From: Hormiphora californensis
Lineage: Eukaryota; Animalia; Ctenophora
Reading direction: 5' to 3'
Assembly: GCA_020137815.1 (NCBI GenBank)
Contig: CM035361.1
Location: 1,922,001 to 1,986,000 of the forward strand
Length of the DNA stretch: 64,000 bases
The notes under the pieces were generated by a model, which did no database searches, was not told the origin of the DNA, and worked only from the letters and a program-made list of their open reading frames with translations. The translations under genes and the position numbers were made by a program. How positions within the stretch are numbered: the first letter of the stretch is position 1; every line of letters begins with the position of its first letter. Of the stretch, positions 27,132-41,700 are shown piece by piece.

Positions 27132-27884
27132 GTGTCTCTCATTATCGGTGATATTTTACACAGTGATCACTACCCTAGGGTCAGTGAACATCTGAATTTT
27201 AATTATTAACTGTTTTTTTTTACTATCACTAATATTTTTATCACTCTTAACTTGTACACTGTTATCCATGTAAACTGTTCTCCATGTAAACTGTTTACTA
27301 CTGTATGCTGTTTCTATGCATGACTCATGTATTGATTCTGTATACTGTTTCTGTAACAATGTGCACGTATTTTTTTATTATATATACAGATTATATATTT
27401 TATATGATACATTAAATCGTACTTACCTCAGTTCTATACCAACACCCACATCTCCACTACCCATACATGTCCATCACTCACCAACACATTCACTTACTCA
27501 CCTTTACTTAATAATAGTCTATAACAATTAACTTATCTCTCTTAATATGAATAGTATTATATTATGTCTTCATTACTTATTCAATTAATAAATATGATTG
27601 CACTCTTTTTAATCGAATTCTATCAATCAAATTAATTTATTTACTTAATTTATAAATAATCATCATAGCATATTCTCTTAATAATACATAGTATTTTGAT
27701 GTTATCTTGACTGAGCGTCAAAAATATGTTATTGGCTCTCCTTTACCACTGGCCCTTTCTTGGACCGCTTTAGAAAGTGGTAAATGGTGTAGCATCGATC
27801 TGATTGAATCAGTAGCAAGCCATTTATTTTAAACACTATTAAGCGGTATATTAAATGTCATGAATTATTATTAATTATTATTAA
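25755..27884 (+). mobile_element. 5'-truncated L2/CR1-clade non-LTR retrotransposon
   Basis: RT ORF followed by an AT-rich 3' UTR ending gcggtatattaaat...(tta)n-like tail. Confidence 0.85.
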
Positions 27885-28159
27885 TTTTTACGGGCTCACA
27901 AAATTATTCGGTATATGCGGTTTTTTGCCGTTAAGTGAGAGCAAGTAGGCCGTGGGACGTGAACCCGTGAAGGCCCTCCGCCCCTCTACCACTTTTAACT
28001 TTTTCTAAAAGAACTAAGATGAGCAGCACTTATGGTGAGAAATTCACGTCAGCTTAAGAAATCGGTTGTTATGTTCTAACCCTCCCTTTACATTTGTAAG
28101 GGAGGGTTATGTGTATTTGTACACTCTTGCTCACGTGATCAGCTCGTGCACGTGATAAA

Positions 28160-28500
28160 CTCTCTCTCACTAAAAGTGAGACAGTGATTAGAATGCAAGG
28201 GAGAGCGCAGTGTGATCAGCTCGTGTATGTGATCAGCTCTCTCTCACTCAAAGTGAGAGACAGTGATTAGAATGTGAGGGAGAGCACCGCTCTCTCTCAC
28301 TCAAAGTGAGAGACAGTGATTAGAATGCGAGGAAGAGCACAGCTCTCTCTCACTCAAAGTGAGAGACAGTGATTAGAATGCGAGGAAGAGCACAGCTCTC
28401 TCTCACTCAAAGTGAGAGACAGTGATTAGAATGCGAGGGAGAGCGCAGCTCTCTCTCACTCAAAGTGAGAGACAGCGATTAGAATGCGAGAGAGCGCGCA
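28160..28500. repeat. Minisatellite, ~51-bp unit, ~6 copies
   Basis: agctctctctcactcaaagtgagagacagtgattagaatgcgagg repeated. Confidence 0.9.
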
Positions 28501-29942
28501 GAGTAAGTATTTTCAGCATTTCAAAACCCGCACGTGAGCCCCACAACGCATTATCGCGGACCAGATCGTTATTTGAATGAGCTTAGCTGTGTTTCGCCCG
28601 CGGGGCGTGCGAAAAACAGTCTAACTTAGCAAGAAATCGGAATACTTTTTCAGCTTTTTTCCTGTCAATCAAATTAGGGAGCAAAGGTGATCCCGGGCGA
28701 TTCGAAGTAGGCTCCACCGCTTTTGAAGGTCGCTAGCTTAGTCTGTGTGATTTAGCATATGAAAATACTTCTCTAGCAGTTTATTCGTAAAGCGTACCTC
28801 AAAACTTACGGTGCTCCGCACCTGCCCCCTTGGAAAAATTCCGTGCCGTGGGCCCTGTGTTCCATTACGATCTGTCATCTGGGTGTTTAAACGTATCCAT
28901 ACATTGCAGGGGAACTCAACAGTGCCTTCAGGAATATCCCGCCCGCTTGGTGAAATGAATACGCTCGACTAGATATTGCTCTGCGGTACTTCTGGACAAC
29001 TATTGACAAGGCATTCTTCGATCTAAGGGTATTAAACTCCCAATTTCAATGCCTTCCAGAATCCAGTCAATCCCTCAAACCTTCCGAAAGCACTAAGTGA
29101 AGTCTGTCCAAAAAATTTATCGGCGAGAATACGATAAATTCCTGAATAAGATCAGTAGAAGGACCTGTGCTACGCTTTCAAATCGTTTGCCTCTGGATAT
29201 ACTGACCTGATAATTCCTACAGTACATTGATGAGATCTGTACTTGATTAAGCCAGGATTATATCCGGCTGTGAGTTCCCCATTCTGTTTTACAGTAGAAA
29301 GCGTGAGAGAGTGTTTGACCATAAACAACACGTTCACCTATCTCCTGCTATCACTCCTACCTAGTGGTGTGGATTTTTGATTCCAATAATTTAAGTTTTT
29401 TCATTGATTGAATTAACACTCGTTATTTGGTCATTGCAATATTATTAAAATAATATCAAACGCATTAGCCTTGTTGCAATAAACTCATGCTGAACTATCG
29501 TACATACATACAATGACGAAAATTAGTTGCAATTTTTGTCAGTGATGACACTTGAGCGACTAACATTTGTGACGGCTCGTCAATTGCTTGATCAATGCAG
29601 CAATTATATTTGTATCGAAAATCAGGTTGTTTAACCTGGATAATCAGTGTGATAACCAAAGGTTTGCTATCCAAGGTTGGATATCCATAATCGAATAACT
29701 TGGCCAGGTTATTCGATTATGAAAACACTGAGTTATTATCCTAGTGTAAACAATACCGCTAGTATAACAAAAAAAAATGCAACACATATAATTCTTCTGA
29801 TTATTAACATCGATTGAATTGCAACGTTGGCTTGAATCAAAACTATAGCCTTCCGTAATTTAATTTCAACACAAAATATCTCCATCAATACTTGAATATT
29901 CCAGTCTCCCAGATACTGTACTCTCACAATTTAAAATGTTTT

Positions 29943-30411
29943 CTAATCTTGTTTATCAGCCCAATTAACAATAATCTTCTTCTCTCCCACCTTGGCTCCA
30001 TTTAACCGTGTCTTCGCCATATTGGCATCTGTCGCACTCGAAAACCAGACAAACCCAAAAGTCCCACATTTTGCTAGCCATAACTTGCGGACGGGCCCAT
30101 AAAATCGGAGTAAGTTGAGGAGTGTAGAATCGGTCAGGGGATGAGAGATTTCCAATGTATACCACCCTGTTTCGTTTATTGTTATTGTGATCTGATCCGG
30201 AGGTCTCGTGATCTGATCCGGAGGTCTTGTGATCTGAAATCTCTGTCATAGTTTTACAATTAACCCTGGAATGATTCTGTCGGTTCCAGATGGTCGATGG
30301 TATTCGAGTGTGCTTCAAAATGGTTCTCGGATCACTACTGTCAATTTTATGCTTTTTAAATATCCGGTTCTCAAGGTTGGGTGGCGTGCCCGGGCATGTC
30401 CTCTTGCTCAT
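29943..30411 (-). pseudogene. Intronless single-RRM protein gene (SRSF3/7-like RRM) with an internal frameshift
   Basis: RNP2 VYIGNL in one frame; YGPVRKLWLAK, RNP1 GTFGFVWF and LNGAKVGEKKIIVNWA in another; switch at ~30148. Confidence 0.7.
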
Positions 30412-30619
30412 CTTATACTTCACTAAAACAGGTCAAATGAAAATCAGTTAGATCATAAAATGCAAGTTTATAAAATAGTGTTAAAGTCTACACAATGTAA
30501 ACACGTTGGAAACATAGAAGAATGCAAAGTTCAAAGGAGAAAAGAGAACTGTCAAATCGAAGAGAGCCGTAGTGAAAAGTGAGATCCTTACTTTAACTAA
30601 AGAGAGCAAAAGAAGATTG

Positions 30620-31860
30620 GGCAGGTCGGTAGAACTTCGACAGAATTTAGGGTAGGTCTGAATTTAGGGTAGGTCTGAATTTAGGGTAGGTCTGAATTTA
30701 GGGTAGGTCTGAATTTAGGGTAGGTCAATTTAGGGTAGGTCTGAATTTAGGGTAGGTCTGAATTTAGGGTAGGTCTGAATTTAGGGTAGGTCTGAATTTA
30801 GGGTAGGTCTGAATTTAAGGTAGGTCCGTAATGTATCGTTTATCAAAGCATTGCAATTCGACATTAGGTTCTGATTAGGTCGCTGAACCGCGTCCCGTAT
30901 CTCGTATCTCTTCGATCTTAGTCACCGATTAGGTCGCTGAACCACGTCCCGTATCTCGTGTCAACTCATTGAAATTCGAGGTTAGACTCAAATTAGGTCC
31001 CTAAAACACGTCCCGTATCTCGTATCAACTCATTGAAATTCGAGTCACCGACACTAAGTAGAGTAGCGACTGGCTATTTGAAATGGCGGCTAATTTGAAA
31101 TACCCCCCTACAGGCCAGCAGGTGCACCAGATTTGGATTTTTTCTGGTGCAACTGCTGGCCTGTAGAGGGGGTGTTTCAAATTAGCCGCCATTTCAAATA
31201 GCCAGTCGCTACCCTACTACTTAAAGTAGGACAGTAGGTGAACTGAGTTAGGTCGGTAGACTGTGTTCCGTATCGCATCAAATGAAATTAGGACTGTTTG
31301 ACTATTAAGAGTTCCATCCTGAGTTGAAACCTGTTTAAGGAAAAAAATTCGTTTGCCATCTAATTTTTGTCTAACCTCGAATTGTAATGATTTGATACAA
31401 GATACGGGACGTGGTTCAGTGACCTAATCTGTGTCTAACCTCGAATTTCAATGAATTGACACGAGATACGGGACGTGGTTCAGCGACCTAATTTGTGTCT
31501 AACCTCGAATTTCAATGAGTTGACACGAGATACGGGACGTGGTTCAGCGACCTAATCGGTGACTAAGATCGAAGAGATACGAGATACGGGACGCGGTTCA
31601 GCGACCTAATCAGAACCTAATGTCGAATTGCAATGCTTTGATAAACGATACATTACGGACCTACCCTAAATTCAGACCTACCCTAAATTCAGACCTACCC
31701 TAAATTCAGACCTACCCTAAATTGACCTACCCTAAATTCAGACCTACCCTAAATTCAGACCTACCCTAAATTCAGACCTACCCTAAATTGACCTACCCTA
31801 AATTCAGACCTACCCTAAATTGACCTACCCTAAATTCTGTCGAAGTTCTACCGACCTGCC
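30620..31860. mobile_element. Foldback transposon with tandem-repeat TIRs and 8-bp TSD
   Basis: TSD gaagattg at 30612-30619 and 31861-31868; TIR ggcaggtcggtagaacttcgacag followed by 17-bp unit gaatttagggtaggtct arrays. Confidence 0.9.
31061..31214. mobile_element. Palindromic MITE nested in the foldback element
   Basis: gtagcgactggctatttgaaatggcggc...gccgccatttcaaatagccagtcgctac, TA flanks. Confidence 0.85.
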
Positions 31861-32267
31861 GAAGATTGTTATATTAACTAAGCGGCAGCTCACCTTGGCT
31901 AAGAAACAAAGGGCAGATCTGTATACTACAAAGATGGAATACAGTCACACAATACCCAGGGTGTACTGGAGAGAAAAAAGAGAGAGGGGGAGACAGAGAT
32001 GAGAGATCAGATGGATAGTGGAGGAGACAAAGATCAGAGAGATAGAGAGAGACAGCGAAAGAAATACATGGAGAAAAAGAGAGAAAGAGAGAAGGAGAGG
32101 GAGAGAGAAATAAGAGGGCACATAAGAAGGTGAAAGATTGAAGGTCATTGGCAATGAAGAGATCTCGAGAGATATTGAATAATACAAAACAATATGAGAG
32201 AAAGAGAAAGATGCTCATACGATACTACACTACTACTATATCATAGTGCTAGAGACATTTGATGTCC

Positions 32268-32353
<86 letters not shown>

Positions 32354-32670
32354 TTCTATCTTTTTTCCTTCTTCTGTACACCAGGTATTCTCAAGAATCG
32401 AGATATAATGCGAAACAGTTAGAAAATGAAAGACTAGCAAGAAGAAAAGAATACGGCTCAAAGACTCTCATGTCATGTCATTGGTTCTTTATATTTTGTG
32501 CCTGCTGCTATTATACTACTAAGTGTCTGGGGATGCATTAGTATATATATTGGTCCAGAGAGAGAGAGAGGGAGAGCTGAGAAAATATATCTTCAAGCAG
32601 ATGAGATTGTATTATATAGCTGAGAGAGAGGATAGAAAAGATGAAAGCACACTGAAAAGCAAGGAAATGA

Positions 32671-32747
<77 letters not shown>

Positions 32748-32894
32748 GAGAGAGAGTGAGAGAGAGCTGTGAAATGGAGATAGAGAAAATGTCTGCGATG
32801 TCAAAATTACTGGGCTGAATTCTATAGCTCACAATGCGAGATTGTCAGTTACAAGACATATCAAAAACGCAGTATCTATATCATAATCACTGAC

Positions 32895-33000
32895 ACATCC
32901 AAATAAGGAGATGCTACATCCAAATAAGGAGATGGTACATCCAAATAAGGAGATGCTACATCTAAATAAGGAGATGCTACATCCAAATAAGGAGATGGTA
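32895..33000. repeat. 21-bp tandem repeat, ~5 copies
   Basis: acatccaaataaggagatgct. Confidence 0.85.
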
Positions 33001-33572
33001 CTCCTCCTTATGTTTATTGTTCCTTCAACTATCTGAAGAAGATTCATACTGCAACAAAACTCATATATGCTTACACATAACAATTCGAACTTTTCATGTG
33101 TAACGGTATTCCTCACATTGGTTAGATTCAAGCCGTAGGAAAGAGTCACACACCGTGTGATAAAAACACATCAAATGTAAAGTAAGAGGATTAAAAAATC
33201 GACAAGTAGTGAGCACAATAAGTTTATTAGTTGAATCGTTCTTCTTCAAAAGGCAACACAAATTAGTACACTTACAATTGAGAGCAAGTACTGAGATCAT
33301 TTGGGTATTATACCCAAATGATCTCACTTGCTCTCTCCCTTATATATATATATATATATATATATATTAGTAAAGGTAACGATCTTCTCCCTTAGTTAAT
33401 ATAAAGTAACGATATCCCTTATAGTTAAAGTAGAGCTCTTTGCGTGCAGTGCGTGTGAGTTCGAGCGGCACCTAGAGAAAGCTGCACTGCTAACTGTTGA
33501 ATTCTTTCATCAACTTCACGCTTCCTAGCTCAGCAGCTCGAGATTTTCCCACCCATCTCATGCTCATCAATT

Positions 33573-33672
<100 letters not shown>

Positions 33673-33867
33673 ACTTATTTCCTCTCTTTCTTTCTCTCCT
33701 CTCTTTCTTTCTCTCCTTCTCTCTGTCTCGTATACCGGAAACGTCAAACGGTTAAACGATCCAAATGAATTAATTATACTTAGCAGATAGAGAGGGGAGA
33801 CTGAGAGAGGGGGAGAGAGGCAGAGTCAGAGAGAGTCAGAGGGACAGAGACAGAGCGAGAGAGCATG

Positions 33868-33916
<49 letters not shown>

Positions 33917-34455
33917 TAATATTATGTATGTTGGGAATATTATTTAACCAAGTGCTATAGATGTAGCTGCGAGCTGATGGCCTAATGAGCGGCTAAATTG
34001 GTTAATAATTAGCCCAATTATGATCGCTCCATGCCCTATTATTAGGAATAATACATTGTACACACCTAGTTTTAGTACCAAGAGACAGATGCTTGTGAAG
34101 CTAAAGTAGTGCAGATCTATGATAAATTGAACTACTAATTAATAATTTTACTTGTCAATACGATTTACAGCTTTTTGCCTTACTTTTGGAGTTGAGAATT
34201 CCAAAAGTTTAATAGTGTGAACTAGGCAAAGATAAGCTGATGTAGTAGCAAAGTGTTCAAGTAAAGTAGACAGATTAGAATGAAGAGCTCAACACCGGCA
34301 ACATGTTTTTGGAGGCGAGGAATTTGTACAAATTTTAACTCTAATTCAGTCTTGTTGAACGAGTCGTGTCATCATTCTAAATGTTAATAAATACTTCTCT
34401 TCGACTATCATATAAAATATTGCATAGTTTCTCTCTGTAATATAGAGTCTCTCAG

Positions 34456-34491
<36 letters not shown>

Positions 34492-34671
34492 AACATAACG
34501 TCTCAAAAGTATATAAGTAGGTACGGTAGGTACACCGCAAATTAAAACACACATGTGCCGCATTAAAACATATGAAATTGCGAGAAAATTGATACGTAAG
34601 CCGCGAAAATTGAAAGGATAGAGAGAGAGGAGAGAATAGAGAGAGAGAGAAAGAGAGAGAAAGAGAGAGAG

Positions 34672-34704
<33 letters not shown>

Positions 34705-34711
34705 AAGAGAA

Positions 34712-34744
<33 letters not shown>

Positions 34745-34899
34745 AAGAGAAAGAGAGAGGGAGAAAGAGAGAGATTTAGAAGAAAGATAACCCAATTATT
34801 ACCACAAAAACTACGGGAGGGTTATTGGCCGGTATACGTGAGAATGTGTACGAGTGCGATGTTGGGCAAATTATAGTTTCATTGCTTCCAGGTCTTCTA

Positions 34900-34996
<97 letters not shown>

Positions 34997-35094
34997 ATCT
35001 CTTTTTCTCTCTCTGTCTCTCTCACTCCCCTTCTCTCTTCCCCTTCTCTTAGTCTCTCTCAGTCACTCTCTCTCTCTCTCTCTCTCTCTCTCAG

Positions 35095-35200
<106 letters not shown>

Positions 35201-35497
35201 ACCCTATATGCATGTCTTTCACAAAACAAGCCTTTCCAATCAATTAGATTATAACAAACAAGAAATCATCTAACACAGGAGGACCTGGTTGAGTTTTCAT
35301 GTAGCATGCCTGGCAGGTGACTCAAGCACCAAACATCAAGAAATCATCTAACACAGCTCAGGAGTCACTGAGTCAGGAGGTCCACTAAGCAGGTCCACAA
35401 AGCACCAAACACCGAGCAGGAGTCTACTTCTATAAGCTCCTCTCCGTGTAGAAAGACCCCTAATGGTATAGGGAGGGTGGTGTTGTTCTCTCTCTCC

Positions 35498-35627
<130 letters not shown>

Positions 35628-35811
35628 TCTCTGATCTCTCTCCCTCTCTCTATATCTCTCTGGGGATGTTTTTCTCTCCCTTTTGTTCTCAGTTCTCTTG
35701 ATATGCAATCTTTCATCTCCTTTATTTTTATGACTTTATTATTTGATGACTTTTTCACCTACCCTCCCCTATCTCCTATCTTTATAAGTTATGCCGCTAT
35801 ATTTTTATCTT

Positions 35812-35899
<88 letters not shown>

Positions 35900-35960
35900 A
35901 TCTCTAAACACCTCCTACCAATAACCTCCTACCAATAAAATTCTCCAATTCTAGCAGATC

Positions 35961-38654
35961 ATGACAGAGATTTTAGCAGACAACTTCAAGTACTCAGTCA
36001 ACAATGTGGACATGGAGTGCAGGGTGGTCCTAACCGAATCTGGAGTTGGGATTCACGAGGGTACACGAGATACATGCATATCGTATGAAGTACATTCATC
36101 TTAGCGATGTGATAGGTAAGGCAATCAACTCTGAGTGACTACTGCACTATAGTAATAAATATGCTCTCTTGTGTAGTCACTTTTTGAGGGAGAGGGAGCT
36201 AGAGAGGGAGGCATTGAGAGGAAGATAGGGAAAGGAAGAGAAGTGATAATTAATGATAGTTAGAGATATATATGTAGAAATGTGTATGAGGATAATATGG
36301 GTATGATATTACCACTACACGTTTAGCATGTGATAATCTTATTCTTGTCTTAGCAATCCAATAGGCACTGAGGGCACTTGGTTTAGTTGACATTGGTACG
36401 GTGTAGTTGATATTGATCTTCTTGTTGGGCGATCTTGGGTTATCGCACGGGTCAAAGTTGAGGGGTTTATTTGAGTTTGGCTAATAGTAACATATATTAT
36501 ACCGATTACGTCTCAACTCACAATTGTTGTTGGCACTTTGCCCAACTGCACTGTTACATCAGTGATCTGTATCGAGATATATCACGAGTGCGTAAAATGA
36601 GAGAGTCGCAACTCTAATGTTGCGTTATTCCGTATGTATAGGCAAATCTGAACATCATGATTGGGGAGATTTTCTCAAGCGGAGTTTATAATAGCTTTAC
36701 TGGTTACTTCCAATTCTGACTGATTTGGTATCCCGGTACCAGGGTTATGGTACCCTGTTGACCACAAGCTATATTTCACAAGAAGCTGGGCAATTCCACA
36801 CACCTCCATATTAGCTGGCATACTTGGTAAAACCAATTAACTTCTTATAACTACTTAATTGACTAAGCTTAGAATTTCTCAGGTGCTAAGGTCCACTACG
36901 GGGCACGGGATCAGGTCTTCCTTGTTATACACTACCTACCACTCACCAAAAACAAGTAAGTATCGCTTGCTCTGCCAAACCCTCACAGAGCGTGTGATTT
37001 TATAGATAAAATGCAGTGTAAGCTACACAAACCAACCCTTCGCGTTTGTTGTGGAATGTGCAAGTTTAGCCAACTAGGTTTATACAAGGTTTATAATACT
37101 GTGTACTAACACGTCCAGTACTTGGCTAACTTTACAAGTATGACAATATGTGCAAACTAGTCGCCCTTACACCTCTAAAGTTGGGTAGAAAAGTATGGTT
37201 GTTCTTGGACACATATGTTTACCCTGCCATGGTATACCATTCTGTTCATTTGCACATTAATGTCTGCAGAAACCCCCACACATGACATGAAATCTGAAGT
37301 GTAACAGGGGAAGGTCGAAACATGAACCATTTTCAGCTACCCACACGAGTGTTAGCTCTTCATTTGGACCCCCACACATGTCACATAATGTGTAAAATAA
37401 CAATTCACATGGTATTCCTAATTCCATTCTCCACTACCCACACAAGTGTTATCTCTTCATCTTCACACTACAAATATCTATCTGCAGAAACCCTCACGCA
37501 TCACATAATTATTCACATACATTATCTCCATGTACACCTATAAAACAATTCCACCCAGGTTCAATGGGAAGTTGATGAGGGTAAAGAAGCAGGTGGTACT
37601 ATGTGCTACACAACATGAGACCCAACACGCTAACGTGAGACAGTGTGTTAGGTGGAAGAGTGCTGTGAAACGAACCATCTTCGGGTAAGATCAGATTTAT
37701 ACTACTTACTAGGAGCTGGGAGGGAAGTTATGTTACTCCAATTCCCGTTTACTAAGTACGTGATAGGAGAGAAAGAAAATCATATTCTGATAAGAGACTC
37801 CTACCGCGGTATAATCGATGTGACTGTCTCGAAATTGTAAAGTGGCCTACTTGAAGGCGATAACATAAAGGTGAAAACTAATACACCTTCTTTGGTTTTC
37901 CACTGTTTTATTATTTCTGCAGGCCCAGTGAAACAAGTGAGACGAAATGTCGAGAGCGAAAGTACCTTATATTTGTGAATCCTAAGGGCGGGAAAAAGTT
38001 GGCTAAAAAGATTTGGCTCAGCACCGGTAATTATGTTCATTACCTTTTATTCCCGTTTATTCCAAACTATTCATGTTTTATATTCACTTACATAAATATA
38101 TTTCAACACCTTAAACATGTTATTAATTTTACTTGTAACCTCTTTGTCCCACTAATTTCACCCCCTCTTGTAACCTCTTTGTCCCACTAGTACAGCCACT
38201 ATTTGATCTTGCTGGGATTGAGAGTGAGGTTGTATACACGGAATACAGTGGTCATGGAAGGGATTATATTAAGAGCTGTGAGAATCTAATGGATTATACT
38301 TCTATAGTAACTGTATCAGGTAATTAATTAATTAATTGATAATTGGGTAACCCATTTCTGGTAGGTTTGATAATTTACTGTTAACCCTTTGGGGACGATA
38401 AGCCCCCTGTCGAGAGAATTCTCTAAAACTTTCTGGAGACACTTACGTTATTACTTATTAGCTATGCCACGTTCGTTACTATGATTTTTAGAGAATGTAT
38501 AATTGCTTGGACCGTTTTGAAACACGCTAATTGCATGCAATTACACAAACATAACATGCTACTGCAGCAGCACAAAGAATTTATACTCTTTAGAGTCTCT
38601 TAATAACTGTTCCTTCTGACCCTCCCTATCTTTCTCTGTATGTCTATTGTTGAC

Positions 38655-38738
<84 letters not shown>

Positions 38739-41700
38739 TGTGTACTTATGTATCTCTGTGTTTGTTCTACACGAAACTGTTGTTTATGTTGGTTTCCCTA
38801 TTAGTCACTTCCTAGCTTACACTTTTGACACTAGATTAGAACACACATAGAGATATAGTTTGAGAGAAAGATGTTGAGAGAAATTGGGAGTCTAAAGCCT
38901 TCAGAATTATTTGTGTTTACCTATTTTTCTGTCTAGGTGATGGGATCGTCTTTGAAGTATTTAATGGGTTGATGAAGAGAGACGATTGGGAGACTGCCAT
39001 TAAAGTACCACTATCAATCATCCCTGGAGGATCAGGTGAGAAACTCTTTAAAGCACCTATCGTTCATTAACCCTTAACAAATTCCCATAAATTGAAAAAA
39101 AAACTGGATTTAAACTCCAGTTTGCCGTATCTTTAGAAAACCTAGCCATGACCTCACTCCTCACCAGACCTTACTGACTCAATATATTGATAATAATTTA
39201 CAGAACAGTCTCGCCATAACAGCTTCAAATCATGTGGTCAATTGCCATTCACACGCCGCTGTTTTCAGTGTTTCGGCGAAGACGGTACTTAGCCTTCCCC
39301 AGCAGAGCATGTTTGTAGGGCGCGGGGTACGAAGTCAGGAGAGAGATGCGCAGAGTGTCAACCGCGCGCACACTTCATGGAGAGTTTCGCTGGATCATAT
39401 CACAACCGCGTGACGGTGAAGTTATTATTTTGAAATTGCTTTAGCTGAATTGAAAGGATTTGGGTGCCGTAAACAGCTTGGTACTAGAGTTAGGAACAAT
39501 AGGGATTGATTATTAAGGGCCCGTCGGTTTTGCGTTTTGTCTATCCTGGAAAGTTATAGTCAGGAAGCAAGTTAGGGCGCGGTCGTGACCAAGGAAGGGA
39601 TGGTCGGACCGCCCTAAAACCGCTTTACGTTTGGTAACAATCAGCACCATTTCAGGAGTTTCTGTGAGCATTTTGAAGTGGGCACAACCAGCCAGTCAAG
39701 AGTTATGACGAAAAAACAGCTAAAAATGGCCCTTTTTATGACATTGTTATTCTGCTGGCTGAGAGAGCTTTAAATAATGAGTATGGCTCTGAAACTTCTT
39801 GTGAGGGTAGGAAAATCAAGCAAATTAGGTGCCTCTAGGGTATCGGATTGCTTGCTCTCACTAATGTCCATTTTTTTTCAACTGTTCACCCCCCAAAGTC
39901 GTGCGCGGAATTGTTTTGCGCGTTTATCACATGTTAACGTGTAGCGCGCGCAGCGTAAATTAAAATTATACCAAAACTAATTGAAATTAGTAGGCCGGAA
40001 AGGTTGCCCTATGATTTGAGCTACCTTTGCCATCGTAACATTCACGGGGTACAGTCAGGGTATAACCGATGCTTCTTCTACCTTCAAAAGTGAATGTACT
40101 GGTGCCAAAGGTAGCTCAAATCATAGGGCAACCTTTCCGGCCTACTAATTTCAATTAGTTTTGGTATAATTTGCATCATTTTTGGGATTTTTTATCCATT
40201 TAGATGTAGTAGAACAGGCAAGGAGAGGATGGAATCGCGAATTTGCAAAATTTTCATTTTTGACGTCATTTTGACGTCATTAAATGACGTCACGTTGTTA
40301 TGACGTCATATTGATGACGTCATATCATTGGGATTACCTAGATGAAGATACTGACCAAGTTTGAGATCGATTGGATGAGATTTGAGTCTGCTATGGCGAA
40401 AAAACCCATATCGTCATATCTATTTTTAAACAGTCATAACACTTTAGACGCGTTTTAAGACCCTTATACGTCTAGTTTTGAAAATTCGCAATATAGTTTC
40501 TGAAAGTTCAGACAATTCTCTTTCCATGATATAGCCTTCGATTTTCGATTAGAATCCGTCTTCAGGGTGTAAAATGAACTCAAAGAATTTTAGTCAGAGT
40601 CTGAAAAATGACGACTTTAAGACGTTCTGTAGGACGTTCCCGGCGATGAAAAGGGACCTCACATCAACTAATGCACACACATCCAGTAGATCTACCAGCT
40701 GTGAAAACGAGAAGTTTCTATCTCTTTTCGTTTGGCGTGAATATGGTTTATAAAAAGCGTCTCTCCTACGCGTGCGCGTGCGCGCGCGCGTGCATATGTG
40801 TTACACTGAATCTAGGGCAAATGGGACCTGTCTGTAACTTCAGTTCCAGATGAGATAGAGACTTGAAATTTTGAACTTAAGTTAATGACCCCGAGCCGGG
40901 TATACATTCCAAATTTCAAGTCAAACGGATGAATGGGAGCCATGCTATAGCCTTCTGAAATCTGGGTTTTCAGTCAAAACACCCATAAAACGTATAACTG
41001 CGTTTCTGGCGGCGCTTTGCTGTTTGGGGGAGGGGGAATGGCAACCTTTGCGCTTGCCAGCGCAGTGATATCGCACGCGCACGAGTTGAGGGGTGAACAG
41101 TTGAATAAAAATGGACTTTACTTGTATGCTTTAATCTGACCACTAATTGGGTAAATCTCGTCAAGTGATCACTTCACAAGCACGATTCCGTGAAAATTGC
41201 TAACTTCTCACGTGTTTGAGCAACTCTAATTAGACAACCATGAGATATACATAGTAACTTCAAAAAAAATTGTCTTCAATTTCAGACATTTCCCTACCCT
41301 CACAAGAAGTTTCAGAGCCATACTCATTATTTAAAGCTCTCTCAGCCATCAGAATAACAATGTCATAAAAAGGGCCATTTTTAGCTGTTTTTTCGTCGTA
41401 ACTCTTGACTGGCTGGTTGTGCCCACTTCAAAATGCTCACAGCAACTCCTAAAAATTGTACTGATTGTTACCAAACCGGTTTTAGGGCGGTCCGACCATC
41501 CCTTCCTTGGTCACGACCGCGCCCTAACTTGCTTCCTGACTATTAGGACTGGGATAGTTATCATGCTGCTGGGATTTATTCCATCTTTTTGATAGTCGAA
41601 TTGCGTGACCCGCTCCCCCCGTATGAATAATGTACATTGAATATATTCATTAAATATCACAGTTACGGTCTAGACTTGTAAAGCAATAAAGCATCCCAAA

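Noticed and set aside
28160-28500. CRISPR-like repeat array (likewise 30640-30830, 51345-51585)
   Set aside because: No unique spacers, no cas genes, eukaryotic context; ordinary minisatellites
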